NCBI GenBank assembly: GCA_963816355.1
Contig: CAWFKH010000001.1
Coordinates: 256,001 to 320,000, forward strand
Source of the DNA: an uncultured Gemmatimonadales bacterium
Lineage (GTDB): Bacteria; Gemmatimonadota; Gemmatimonadetes; Longimicrobiales; RSA9
Direction of reading: 5' to 3'
DNA length: 64,000 nt
Below are positions 10,068 to 18,833 of this stretch, piece by piece (position 1 is the stretch's first letter; the number at the start of each line of letters is the position of its first letter). Position numbers and translations under genes: made by a program. The notes below the pieces were generated by a model. The model was given only the letters and a program-made list of their open reading frames with translations, was not told the origin of the DNA and made no database searches.

Positions 10068-10113
10068 AGCCTCTCCCTCGGCGATCGAAGCCTCTCTTTC
10101 GGCGACCGAAGTC
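10051..10113. repeat. 3 x 21-bp tandem repeat starting within the pfkA 3' end
   Basis: tctccttcggcgactgaagcc / tctccctcggcgatcgaagcc / tctctttcggcgaccgaagtc. Confidence 0.8.
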
Positions 10114-10233
10114 TCAGCGACATTCGCCGCCCTCCACCGCCCCGTTTGAACGCGGACCCGCTCCCTGTGTATCTTCCCCGGTCGCGCGCCGGAGACCGCC
10201 CGGCGGGCCGCCCCCCATGAACCGCGAGGAATC

Positions 10234-12840
10234 TTGACGAAGAAGCCCGACACCGAGCGGTGCCGCTCCGCGACCGCCGCGGCGCTGGCCCTCGCCCTCG
10301 CCGCGCTGCCGGCGCTGCTTCCGTCGCCCGCCGCCGCCCAGGCCCAGCCCGCGGCGCGGGCCGCCGCCGGGCGAACCGCTCGCGCCACGGCCGCGTCCGC
10401 TCCACGCGCGGCCGACGCAGCGTCGCCGGGCGCCGCTTCGTCGCCGGGCGCCGCCGACGCGCCGTTCGAGTTGAGCGTCGCGTCCATCATGCGCGGCCCG
10501 GAGCTCGTGGGTGAAGCTCCGACGGCGGTGCGGTGGACCCCCGACAGCCGCTGGGTCTACTTCCGCTGGAAGCCGGGCGGCCGGCCGTGGTACGAGCCGC
10601 TGTCGCTCTACCGCGTCCGCGCCACCGGCGGAGAGCCGCGGAAGCTGAGCGACGCAGAGGCCGATTCGCTCGGCGTGCTCGTCGCGCGCGGCGACGATTC
10701 GCGTGACGGCCGCTGGCGCGTCGTCTCGCACGATGGCGACCTGTTTCTCGTCGATCGACGCTCGCTCGACGTCCGTCGTCTCACGGAGACGCGCGACGCC
10801 GAGCTGGGTCCGCTTTTTTCCCGCGACGGCGCCAGCGTCTACTTCGTGAGCTCCGAGAACCTCTTCGCGATCGACACGCGCGACGGTGCGGTGCGGCAGC
10901 TCACCGATTTCCGTCATGGCGCTTCAAGCGCCGAGGAGAAGGAGGCGAAGGGGCAGCGCGGCTTCCTGAAGGAGCAGCAGACGGAGCTCTTCGAGACGAT
11001 CCGCGTGCGGGAAGAGCGGGAGAAGCGGGAGAAGGAGCTCCGCGAGCAGCGGGAGAGGGAGGCGCCCCGCACCGTGCACGTCGCGGCGGACGAGCGTGTC
11101 GCGGACATCGCCGTGGAGCCGGGTGGGCGCTACGCCGCCGTCCTCGTCGTGCATCGGCCGAAGGGAGCTGAGAGCACGGTCGTGCCGGAGTGGGTGACGG
11201 AGTCCGGCTACGTCGAGACGATCCAGGGGCGGTCGAAGGTCGGTGACGAGCAGGGCGCCGCTCGCCTCGGTCTGGTGGACCTCTCCACCGGCGACGTGAA
11301 GTGGCTGAACCCGCCGACGCCGGGTGCGGCGCCGACGGCGGGCGGGGGGGAAGGCGGACGAGCCGCCGGCGCCGCCGGCGGTGCGGACACGGCCGCCGCC
11401 GGCGCGGACACGGCCGCCGCCGGTGCCCCGCGCTTCGCCCGTCTCTCCTTCCTCGGCTGGAACGACGCAGGGACGCAGGGTCTGGTGGGCGTCGTGTCGT
11501 TCGCCCACAAGGACGAGTGGCTGGAGGTGCTGGACGCCGCCAGCGGCGAGCTGCGACCGGTGATGCACGACCACGACGACGCCTGGATCGGCGGTCCCTG
11601 CGAGACGTGGGCGGACGACGCGTGCGCCGGCTGGCTGCCGGGGTCCGGCGGCTTCTGGTTCATCAGCGAGCGCGACGGCTGGTCGCACCTGTACCGCGCG
11701 GCCGCCGACGGCTCCGGGTTGAAGCAGCTGACGGACGGCCAGTGGGAGGTCCACGACGCCACGCTGTCGCGAGACCGGCGCACTTTTTACATGCACACGA
11801 CCGAGGCCTCGCCGTTCGGCCAGCAGCTCTACCGCATGGCGGTGGACGGCGGGAGCCGGGTCCGCCTCACGCAGCGCGTCGGACTCCACTCGGCGACCCT
11901 CTCACCCGACGGCGCGCGGCTGGCCGACGTCTACTCGTACGCGAACCAGCCGCCGGAGCTGTTCCTGCGGCAGAGCAAGCCGGGCGCGACGCCGGAGCGG
12001 GTGACGACGTCGCCCACCGCGCAATGGAGCAGCTACGCCTGGATCGTGCCGGACATCATCCGCATCCCCGCCCGCGACGGGGCGCAGGTTCCCGCCCGCA
12101 TCTACCGCCCGGCGGACGTGGGCGCGCAGGCGAACGGCGGGGCGGTGATCTTCGTGCACGGGGCGGGCTACCTCCACAACGTGCACAACGGCTGGTCGGA
12201 CTACTACCGCGAGTACATGTTCAACCACCTGCTCGCCTCGCACGGCTACGTGGTTCTCGACCTCGACTACCGCGGCTCCGCCGGCTACGGGCGGGACTGG
12301 CGCACCGCCATCTATCGTCACATGGGCGGAAAGGACCTGACCGACCAGGTGGACGCCGTGAAGTACCTGGTCGCGAACGAGGGCGTGCAGGGGCCCGAGC
12401 GCGTCGGCATCTACGGCGGGTCGTACGGCGGATTCATCACGCTCATGGCGCTCTTCACGGAGCCGGACTGGTTCGGGGCGGGGGCCGCCCTGCGCGCCGT
12501 GACGGACTGGGCCCACTACAACCACTGGTACACCAGCCGCATCCTGAACCTGCCCCAGGACGATTCCGTCGCTTACCGCCAGTCCTCGCCGATCTACTTC
12601 GCCGAAGGGCTGAAGGACCCGCTCCTCATCGCCCACGGCATGCAGGACACCAACGTCGAGTTCCAGGACGTGGTGCGCCTCTCGCAGAGGTTGATCGAGC
12701 TGAAGAAGACCGGGTGGCAGCTCGCCGTGTTCCCGGTCGAGAACCACGGCTTCGTCGAACCCACGTCGTGGACCGATGAATATCGCAGGATCCTCGACCT
12801 CTTCGACCGCACGGTGGGTCGCGCCGTCGCGAGCCGCTGA
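10234..12840 (+). CDS. Secreted S9 family (DPP-IV/prolyl oligopeptidase-like) serine peptidase
   Basis: Signal peptide, beta-propeller, VHGAGY, DYRGS.GYG, GGSYGG nucleophile motif, HG..DTNV, ENHGF. Confidence 0.93.
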   Translation: MTKKPDTERCRSATAAALALALAALPALLPSPAAAQAQPAARAAAGRTARATAASAPRAADAASPGAASSPGAADAPFELSVASIMRGPELVGEAPTAVRWTPDSRWVYFRWKPGGRPWYEPLSLYRVRATGGEPRKLSDAEADSLGVLVARGDDSRDGRWRVVSHDGDLFLVDRRSLDVRRLTETRDAELGPLFSRDGASVYFVSSENLFAIDTRDGAVRQLTDFRHGASSAEEKEAKGQRGFLKEQQTELFETIRVREEREKREKELREQREREAPRTVHVAADERVADIAVEPGGRYAAVLVVHRPKGAESTVVPEWVTESGYVETIQGRSKVGDEQGAARLGLVDLSTGDVKWLNPPTPGAAPTAGGGEGGRAAGAAGGADTAAAGADTAAAGAPRFARLSFLGWNDAGTQGLVGVVSFAHKDEWLEVLDAASGELRPVMHDHDDAWIGGPCETWADDACAGWLPGSGGFWFISERDGWSHLYRAAADGSGLKQLTDGQWEVHDATLSRDRRTFYMHTTEASPFGQQLYRMAVDGGSRVRLTQRVGLHSATLSPDGARLADVYSYANQPPELFLRQSKPGATPERVTTSPTAQWSSYAWIVPDIIRIPARDGAQVPARIYRPADVGAQANGGAVIFVHGAGYLHNVHNGWSDYYREYMFNHLLASHGYVVLDLDYRGSAGYGRDWRTAIYRHMGGKDLTDQVDAVKYLVANEGVQGPERVGIYGGSYGGFITLMALFTEPDWFGAGAALRAVTDWAHYNHWYTSRILNLPQDDSVAYRQSSPIYFAEGLKDPLLIAHGMQDTNVEFQDVVRLSQRLIELKKTGWQLAVFPVENHGFVEPTSWTDEYRRILDLFDRTVGRAVASR

Positions 12841-12848
12841 GGGAAGAA

Positions 12849-12887
12849 GACGGCGGGGCGCCCCGTCCACCGGGACGCCCCGCCGTC
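12849..12887. terminator. Hairpin between convergent genes
   Basis: GACGGCGGGGCG...CGCCCCGCCGTC inverted repeat. Confidence 0.6.
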
Positions 12888-12913
12888 GCTGCTCCGGCGC
12901 ACGCTCGACCGCG

Positions 12914-13579
12914 TCAACTGCTGCGGCGCCCCCCCAGGATGTGCGTCGCGTAGCCGTTTTCCGGATCGCGCCCGCGGTCCAGGATCCCGTCGACCGTTCC
13001 CGGCCCGCGGTTGTACGCAGTGAGGGCCAGCCGGAGGTCGCCGTCGTAGCGGTCGAGAAGATAGTGGAGGTAGCGGAATCCGAGCCGGAGGTTGGTGTCC
13101 GGGCGGAACAGGTCGCTGCGCGTCGTGCCCGGCTCCAGCCAACTGGCCGTGGACGGCAGCACCTGCGTCAGGCCGACCGCTCCCGCCGAGGAGACCGCCG
13201 TCCGTCGAAAGCTCGATTCGGTCTGCACCAATCGGAACGCGACGCGCGGGTGCACGCCCGCTTCCGTGGCCGCGCGGGTGATCCGGTCGGCGAGCTCGAG
13301 CGGGACCCCGTACTCGCCAGCCAGGTCCGCGGCCGCCCGCATCCGCGCGACCTCACTCCCCATGAGCCGCTGCCCCGCGGCCAGCCTGCCTTCCCGCGGG
13401 ATCGACCACGTCGCGGCTGGGCCGCCGGAGCGGACCGCTTCGCTGCCCGCTCCCGCCGCGTGCGCGCGCATGCCGCCGACTGCGGCCGGGCACGATAGCG
13501 CCAGCACGATCAGCGCGCGCGTAAACGGATGACGGCGCGCCTCGCCCTGCGCGCGCACCCGCGGTGACGACATCGCCAT
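12914..13579 (-). CDS. Lytic transglycosylase (SLT domain) protein
   Basis: ESSF, S.AGAVGLTQV, NL..G.RYL, ALTAYN.GPG motifs. Confidence 0.9.
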   Translation of the reverse strand: MAMSSPRVRAQGEARRHPFTRALIVLALSCPAAVGGMRAHAAGAGSEAVRSGGPAATWSIPREGRLAAGQRLMGSEVARMRAAADLAGEYGVPLELADRITRAATEAGVHPRVAFRLVQTESSFRRTAVSSAGAVGLTQVLPSTASWLEPGTTRSDLFRPDTNLRLGFRYLHYLLDRYDGDLRLALTAYNRGPGTVDGILDRGRDPENGYATHILGGRRSS

Positions 13580-13661
13580 CGACGACCCCCGTCCGGGTTT
13601 CGCATGGTGAAACGGGACGGCTGCGGTACCCCTCCCGCTTCTGGCGGGTTCCCGCCCGCGA

Positions 13662-14003
13662 TCAGCGGGCGAGGCTCACCCGCACGGTGGAAGTCCGGCT
13701 CAGCGCCACGTCCCGCTGGATCGCATAGGTCCGGTCCTCGTCCGTCGCCGTGACGCGGATCGTCGTCCTCGCGGGCGAGGTGATGACGAACCGCTGCGTC
13801 GATCCCGCCTCGACGGTGCCGAGGAGCCGGGTGCCGGCGCCGTCGTCGTACGAGACGACGAGGGCATCCGGCTGCATGTTGACGACTTCCATCGTGAACG
13901 CGGGGCCCGGCTCGGACTGAACGGACACGGCACGGGAGCAGCCGGCGAGGACCGCGAGCAACGCGAGCGCGGCGGCGGTGGACGGCACCCTGGAATGGAT
14001 CAT
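13662..14003 (-). CDS. Hypothetical lipoprotein
   Basis: Lipobox LAGC after a hydrophobic stretch; small beta-rich domain. Confidence 0.65.
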   Translation of the reverse strand: MIHSRVPSTAAALALLAVLAGCSRAVSVQSEPGPAFTMEVVNMQPDALVVSYDDGAGTRLLGTVEAGSTQRFVITSPARTTIRVTATDEDRTYAIQRDVALSRTSTVRVSLAR

Positions 14004-14039
14004 CGGATCTCCTTCGTTGGAGTGCGTTTTCCGTCGGGA

Positions 14040-14057
14040 TTGCAACAGCCGCACCAG
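14040..14057 (-). promoter_or_regulatory. Putative sigma54 (-24/-12) promoter
   Basis: TGGTGCGGCTGTTGCA = GG-N10-GC, upstream of the lipoprotein gene. Confidence 0.5.
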
Positions 14058-14094
14058 AACGCGCCGGACGGCGCTGGCGGCGCTCGGATCGGGC

Positions 14095-14517
14095 TCAGTC
14101 CGGGAAGGCGATCGCCCGGGCGGATTCGAAGGTGGGGGCCTCGCCGGTCATCAGCTCGATCATCGCCTCCATCTCGGCGCCGAGGCGCGTCGCGCGATCG
14201 AGGACGGTGAGGACGTGGCCGTAGTCGAAATAGGCGATCACGGCGGACTCCGCGCCGACGTGCTCCTCCAGGATGGACGCATCCATGCGATCCTGCAGGT
14301 ACTCGAGCACGGCGTTCAGCGCGCGGACGATCTTCTGCTGCTGGGCGTAGGTGGAAACGGTGATGTCGCCGGTGAGCCGTGGAACGAGCGCCTCGACCTC
14401 CGTCATCACTTCCGGGGGGGCCGCGATACCGCCGCCACCCGACGTTGAAATCACGCCTTCCGCTCCCGCCGTGAGAGCGTTCAGCTCCTCGAACGTGCAT
14501 CTGAGGATCACGGTCAC
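14095..14517 (-). CDS. Hypothetical protein
   Basis: Coding-like 140-aa ORF with purine-rich SD; no recognised family. Confidence 0.65.
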   Translation of the reverse strand: MTVILRCTFEELNALTAGAEGVISTSGGGGIAAPPEVMTEVEALVPRLTGDITVSTYAQQQKIVRALNAVLEYLQDRMDASILEEHVGAESAVIAYFDYGHVLTVLDRATRLGAEMEAMIELMTGEAPTFESARAIAFPD

Positions 14518-14660
14518 CTTCCCCTTCCGGAACGGCGGGCGCCATCACCCGGCCCCATCAGGAATATGCCGTTCCCATGGATCCGTTCCGCAAACGTCGT
14601 TCCCCGCATCGAGCGACCCGCGCCGCGGTGGCCGCGAAGTGCCCGAACTCCATGCCATCC

Positions 14661-14687
14661 TTACGAATCGGCGCATCCCCAGGTTCC
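14661..14687 (-). promoter_or_regulatory. Putative ECF sigma promoter
   Basis: GGAAC-N17-CGTAA on the minus strand upstream of the 14517 gene. Confidence 0.45.
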
Positions 14688-14780
14688 GTTCCCGCCCCGT
14701 CCGCTGCGCCCCCGCTCGGACGCGCTTTCGCAACGCGCAACCTTTTTTTCCGTTACGACTTGCGGCCCGGCAGAAATCGC

Positions 14781-15539
14781 CTAGCGACGCATCAGCCAGT
14801 CGGCGATGAGGAGCCCCGCCACAACGTCGATCAGCGCGTGCGCCGCCATCGCGGGAATCACCGTTCCGGAGAGGACGACCGGCAGGGACAGCAGCATGCC
14901 GAGGATGCTCGCCCGTAGCACGCCCACAACACCCTGGTACGCGTGCATCATTCCGAACGCCACCGACGCGATCGCGGCGCCGAGCCAGAGGCTCCCGGCG
15001 GCGGCGCCCAGCGCGGGCAGCAGGAAGCCGCGGTATGCCAGCTCCTCCCCGACTCCGGCCGACAGCGAGAGCGCCACGAAGCCGAGCCGTTCCCCCGGTG
15101 TCCGGGGCAACACCAGGTCGACGACGGCGGTCTCCGTCGCCCCGAGGAGCCGCGCGAGGACGATGACGCCCACGCCCGCGCCGGTGAGCGCGCCGATCCA
15201 CGCCAGCACCACGACCGGATCGGGCGCCACGAGGCCGAGAAGGCGGGCGTCGAACCCGCTCGCGACGGCCGCCGCGAAGGAGAGCGCCGCGATCGTCCAG
15301 GTCACGGTGGCGGAGGAGACGTAGATCGCCCGTCGCGACGTGGAGGACGGATCGAGTGGGGCGGCGCCGGCGAAGCGAGCCTGGAGTAGCATGATCGCCG
15401 GCAGGGCGACGAGGAGCAGGACGCACGCGACGCGGGCCGGCCACGGCAGCACGTGCGTCGCGAGCCAGGCCGCGGTCGCGGCCGCGAGGGTGGTGCCGGC
15501 GAAGAGGAACCGCCGCCTCAGCGCGCGTGGCGTGCTCAT
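14781..15539 (-). CDS. CPBP (CAAX/Abi) family intramembrane metalloprotease
   Basis: EELAYRG, FG..H.YQG, AH..ID motifs; multi-TM; ATGA overlap with the upstream gene. Confidence 0.9.
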   Translation of the reverse strand: MSTPRALRRRFLFAGTTLAAATAAWLATHVLPWPARVACVLLLVALPAIMLLQARFAGAAPLDPSSTSRRAIYVSSATVTWTIAALSFAAAVASGFDARLLGLVAPDPVVVLAWIGALTGAGVGVIVLARLLGATETAVVDLVLPRTPGERLGFVALSLSAGVGEELAYRGFLLPALGAAAGSLWLGAAIASVAFGMMHAYQGVVGVLRASILGMLLSLPVVLSGTVIPAMAAHALIDVVAGLLIADWLMRR

Positions 15540-16453
15540 CGCTCGCCTCCGAGCGCGCGTCGCAACATCGGCGCGAGGAAGGCGGCGAGAAGGCCGAGAA
15601 GCAGGCCGGCGGTGGCGTCGACGCCGTAGTGGAAGCCCCCGTACACCGCCCCCACGGCCAGCCCGGCGGTGAGCACGAGCACGGGGACCAGCAGCCAGGG
15701 CATGAAACGCGCGACGTTGACGCACTGGGCGACGGAGACGCCGACGTGCGAGGACGGGAACGCGGCGCCGCGGCTCGAGCCGGCCTCGAGGATGCGGTGC
15801 GCGAGGGCGTACGCGTGGCCCCGCGCGATCACGCCGCCGGGGGCCGGGAAGAGATAGCGCGGACCCTGTACGGGGAAGTAGACGAAGAAGAGGTAGTGCG
15901 CGAAGAAGGCCAGCATCAGCGTGAACAACGCGCGCGCGAACGCCTCGCGCCGTCCAGTGACGTAGAGCAGGAGAGGCGGACCGTAGATGATGAGGTAGTA
16001 CGAGAGGTACGACGCGTGGAGCGCCTCCGAAAGCGGGAGGCGGGGCAGCCGCCTCGCCAGGTCACGGCTCGGCTGACCGTGAAAGACGAGCGCTTCCCAC
16101 CGCTGCACGATGGGGTCGAAGTAGCGGCCGTTCCACACTGCCAGGTTGAGACCCGCGAGCTCGCCGTACAGCGCGGGGATGAGCAGGAGCGGATACCAGT
16201 CTCCCAGCACGGTCGCGATCGCGGGGAAGCGGCGATGGAACGTGGCGACGGCGCCGCGCAGCGGCCCGACGCGGAACGCCAGCGCGGCGCCCGCGAGGTG
16301 CATCGCGAGCAGCGCCCACGCGCCCTCCCGGCGGTGCGGGAAGAGGAAGGCGCCGGCGGAGAGGAGCAGGTAGAGGCCGAAGAGGCGATCGATCGGCCGT
16401 GGCGCGGCACCCGCGACCGGCGCCGGCCGTGTCGCAGAAGATGTCTCGTTCAG
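15536..16453 (-). CDS. PAP2/AUR1-like membrane phosphotransferase (inositol-phosphorylceramide synthase-like)
   Basis: FPV.GPRY, AFPSSH, HY.VD motifs; multi-TM; start inferred at CTG overlapping upstream TGA. Confidence 0.8.
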   Translation of the reverse strand: MNETSSATRPAPVAGAAPRPIDRLFGLYLLLSAGAFLFPHRREGAWALLAMHLAGAALAFRVGPLRGAVATFHRRFPAIATVLGDWYPLLLIPALYGELAGLNLAVWNGRYFDPIVQRWEALVFHGQPSRDLARRLPRLPLSEALHASYLSYYLIIYGPPLLLYVTGRREAFARALFTLMLAFFAHYLFFVYFPVQGPRYLFPAPGGVIARGHAYALAHRILEAGSSRGAAFPSSHVGVSVAQCVNVARFMPWLLVPVLVLTAGLAVGAVYGGFHYGVDATAGLLLGLLAAFLAPMLRRALGGER

Positions 16454-17586
16454 AGGCCCTTGTCGTACATGCGGTACGTTCGGTAGACGACGGCGCCCAT
16501 GCGCTCCAGCGCGTGTCGCATCTCCCAGTTGTCCTCGAGGATCCAGGAGCATTCGCCGCCCCGGATGCCGTGCTTCGGCGCGTTGCGGAACATCTCCAGG
16601 TAGAGCATCGCGTCCACGCCGGTGCGGCGGTAGCCCGGCTTGATGCCGAGCGTGATGACGCGAACCCAGTCGATCTTGCGGCTGTACCAGAGCAGCTTCG
16701 GCAGGCCGAACGGCAGCAGACGACCGTTGATGCGGTGCAGGGCGTAGTTGAAATCCGGGAGCCCGATGCCGAACGCGATCGGCTCGCCCTCCGCCTCCGC
16801 GATCAGGATGAAGTCCGGATTCGCCACCGGCTTCAGCTGTTTGGCGAGGAAGGTGAACTCCTCGTGCGTCATCGGAACGAAGCCCCAGTTCCGCTCCCAT
16901 GCCTGATTGTAGATCGCCTCCATCACGGCGACCTCTTCGTCGAACCGCTTCATGTCGGCCACGCGAACCGTGAGGCCGCGCCGGGCGGCCAGCCGCTCGA
17001 CGCCGGCCACGAGACGCGGCTGCGGCCCGATCGAATCGATCCTGTAGGCGAGCAGGTCCTTCGCCTTGGCGTAGCCCGCCGCCTCGATCAGGTCGGCGTA
17101 ATACGGCGGGTTGTACGTCATCATGATCACGGGCGGCCCGTCGAAGCCGTCCACGAGAAGCCCCATCTCCTCGTTGCTCGAGAAGTTGGCCGGCCCCCGC
17201 ACCGCATCCATGCCCCGCTCCCGCAGCCACGCTCCGGCGGCGTCAAGCAGCGCGCGCGCCACGTCGACGTCGTCCACCGCCTCGAAGAAGCCGAAGAAGC
17301 CGAGATGGTCGCCGTGGAACTCGTTGTGGGCGTGATTGACGACGGCGGCGATCCGTCCGACCACCTCTCCGGCGCGCCGCGCCAGGAAGTACTCGACGTC
17401 TGCGTGGCGGTGGAAGGGGTGCTTGGAGCGGTCGAGGAGGGTCTTCACGTCGTGCAGCAGAGGGGGGACCCAGTTCGGATCCCCCGCGTAGATCTTCCAC
17501 GGGAAGTGGAGGAACTCCTTGCGGTCGCGCCGGCCGCGCACGGGGGCGACGACGAGGCCCCCGGCGCCGGTGGGCGCAGGGCTCAT
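16450..17586 (-). CDS. GNAT-fold acyltransferase, bacterial ceramide synthase (bCerS)-like
   Basis: Y..DPNWVPPL, VGRIAA, FGFFE, GLLVDGF, YNPPYY, NWGFVP, SWILEDN; directly downstream of spt. Confidence 0.8.
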   Translation of the reverse strand: MSPAPTGAGGLVVAPVRGRRDRKEFLHFPWKIYAGDPNWVPPLLHDVKTLLDRSKHPFHRHADVEYFLARRAGEVVGRIAAVVNHAHNEFHGDHLGFFGFFEAVDDVDVARALLDAAGAWLRERGMDAVRGPANFSSNEEMGLLVDGFDGPPVIMMTYNPPYYADLIEAAGYAKAKDLLAYRIDSIGPQPRLVAGVERLAARRGLTVRVADMKRFDEEVAVMEAIYNQAWERNWGFVPMTHEEFTFLAKQLKPVANPDFILIAEAEGEPIAFGIGLPDFNYALHRINGRLLPFGLPKLLWYSRKIDWVRVITLGIKPGYRRTGVDAMLYLEMFRNAPKHGIRGGECSWILEDNWEMRHALERMGAVVYRTYRMYDKGL

Positions 17587-18764
17587 ATCACGCCCGCCCG
17601 CTTCCCGATCCGATCGAAGGCATCGAGGACGTGGTCCACGTGCTCGTCGCTGTGCGTCGCCATCATGGAGACGCGCAGCCGGCACGAGCTCGGTGGCACG
17701 GCGGGCGAGGTGACGGGGTTGGTGTAGACGCCGGCGTCGAACAGGTCCCGCCAGAAACCGAGGGTCCGGTACAGCTCGCCGATGTGGACGGGGATGATCG
17801 GTGTGACGCTGCCGCCCAGGTCGTAGCCGAGCTCGCGCAGGCCGGCCTGCATCCGTCGCGTGTTGCGCCACAGCCGTTCGCGCCGTTCCGGCTCCTCCTC
17901 GATCACGTCGAGCGCCGCGATCACGGTGGCCACCGACGCCGGCGGCATGCTCGCGCTGAAGATCAGGCTGCGGGCGTGGTGCTTCAGGTAATGAATCACG
18001 GGCTCGTCGCCCGCGATCACGCCGCCGATCGAAGCGAGCGACTTGGAGAAGGTGCCCATGATGAGGCCGACATCCTTCTCCAGGCCGAAGTGCTGCGCCG
18101 TGCCGCCGCCATTGTCCCCGAGCACGCCGAGCGAGTGCGCATCGTCGATCATCACCTCGGCGCCGTACTTCTTCGTCAGCTCGGTCAGCGCCGGCAGATC
18201 GACGATGTCGCCTTCCATCGAGAAGATACCGTCCGTGACGACGAGCTTCCCTTCCTCGTCCGGCGTCTCCATCAGCAGCCGCTCGAGCGTACCGAAGTCG
18301 CCGTGGCCGTAGCGATGCACGCGGCCGTAGGAGAGGCGCGCGCCGTCCACGATGCTCGCGTGGTTCAGCTTGTCGAGGTAGACGTTGTCGTTGCGGCCGA
18401 CCAGGGTCGCGATGGCGCCGAGGTTGCTCTGGAAGCCGGTGCTGAAGACGAGCGCGGACTCCTTCCCCATGAAGCTCGCGAGTCGCTCCTCGAGCTGCTC
18501 GTGGAGATCGAGCGTGCCGTTGAGGAAGCGGCTGCCGGTACACCCGCTGCCGTAACGACGCAGCGCCTGCTGCGCCGCATCCAGCACCTTCGGATGATGC
18601 GTCAGGCCGAGGTAGTTGTTGGAGCCGACCATGATCTTCCGCTCGCCGCGGATGATCACCTCGGTGTCGTAGGAGGCCTCGATCGGCTGGAAATACGGGT
18701 AGAGGCCCGCGGCCTGCGCTTCACGCGCCTGCGTGTAGCTTCGGCACTTGTCGAAGAGGCCCAT
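17583..18764 (-). CDS. spt: Serine palmitoyltransferase (alpha-oxoamine synthase family)
   Basis: MGLFDK/YPYF N-terminus, GSNNYLGL, GSRFLNGT, NHASI, DDAH, GTFSKS (PLP Lys), FSASMPP; flanked by bCerS- and CerR-like genes. Confidence 0.8.
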   Translation of the reverse strand: MGLFDKCRSYTQAREAQAAGLYPYFQPIEASYDTEVIIRGERKIMVGSNNYLGLTHHPKVLDAAQQALRRYGSGCTGSRFLNGTLDLHEQLEERLASFMGKESALVFSTGFQSNLGAIATLVGRNDNVYLDKLNHASIVDGARLSYGRVHRYGHGDFGTLERLLMETPDEEGKLVVTDGIFSMEGDIVDLPALTELTKKYGAEVMIDDAHSLGVLGDNGGGTAQHFGLEKDVGLIMGTFSKSLASIGGVIAGDEPVIHYLKHHARSLIFSASMPPASVATVIAALDVIEEEPERRERLWRNTRRMQAGLRELGYDLGGSVTPIIPVHIGELYRTLGFWRDLFDAGVYTNPVTSPAVPPSSCRLRVSMMATHSDEHVDHVLDAFDRIGKRAGVI

Positions 18765-18833
18765 CGCTGCTCCCTTCATCGGACCCGGAACGCTCGTATT
18801 CAAACGATCCTCTCCCGACGGCGCCTGGCGCCG

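Noticed and set aside
10217..10237. Short ORF MNREES overlapping the S9 peptidase TTG start
   Set aside because: Six codons, likely chance; its GAGGA can serve directly as the SD
11381..11425. 21-nt tandem repeat (GADTAAA x2) within the S9 peptidase
   Set aside because: In-frame low-complexity linker expansion
17583..18764. Alternative call as BioF or Kbl
   Set aside because: No bio or tdh genes nearby; neighbours match ceramide synthase and reductase. Phylogeny is still needed for certainty
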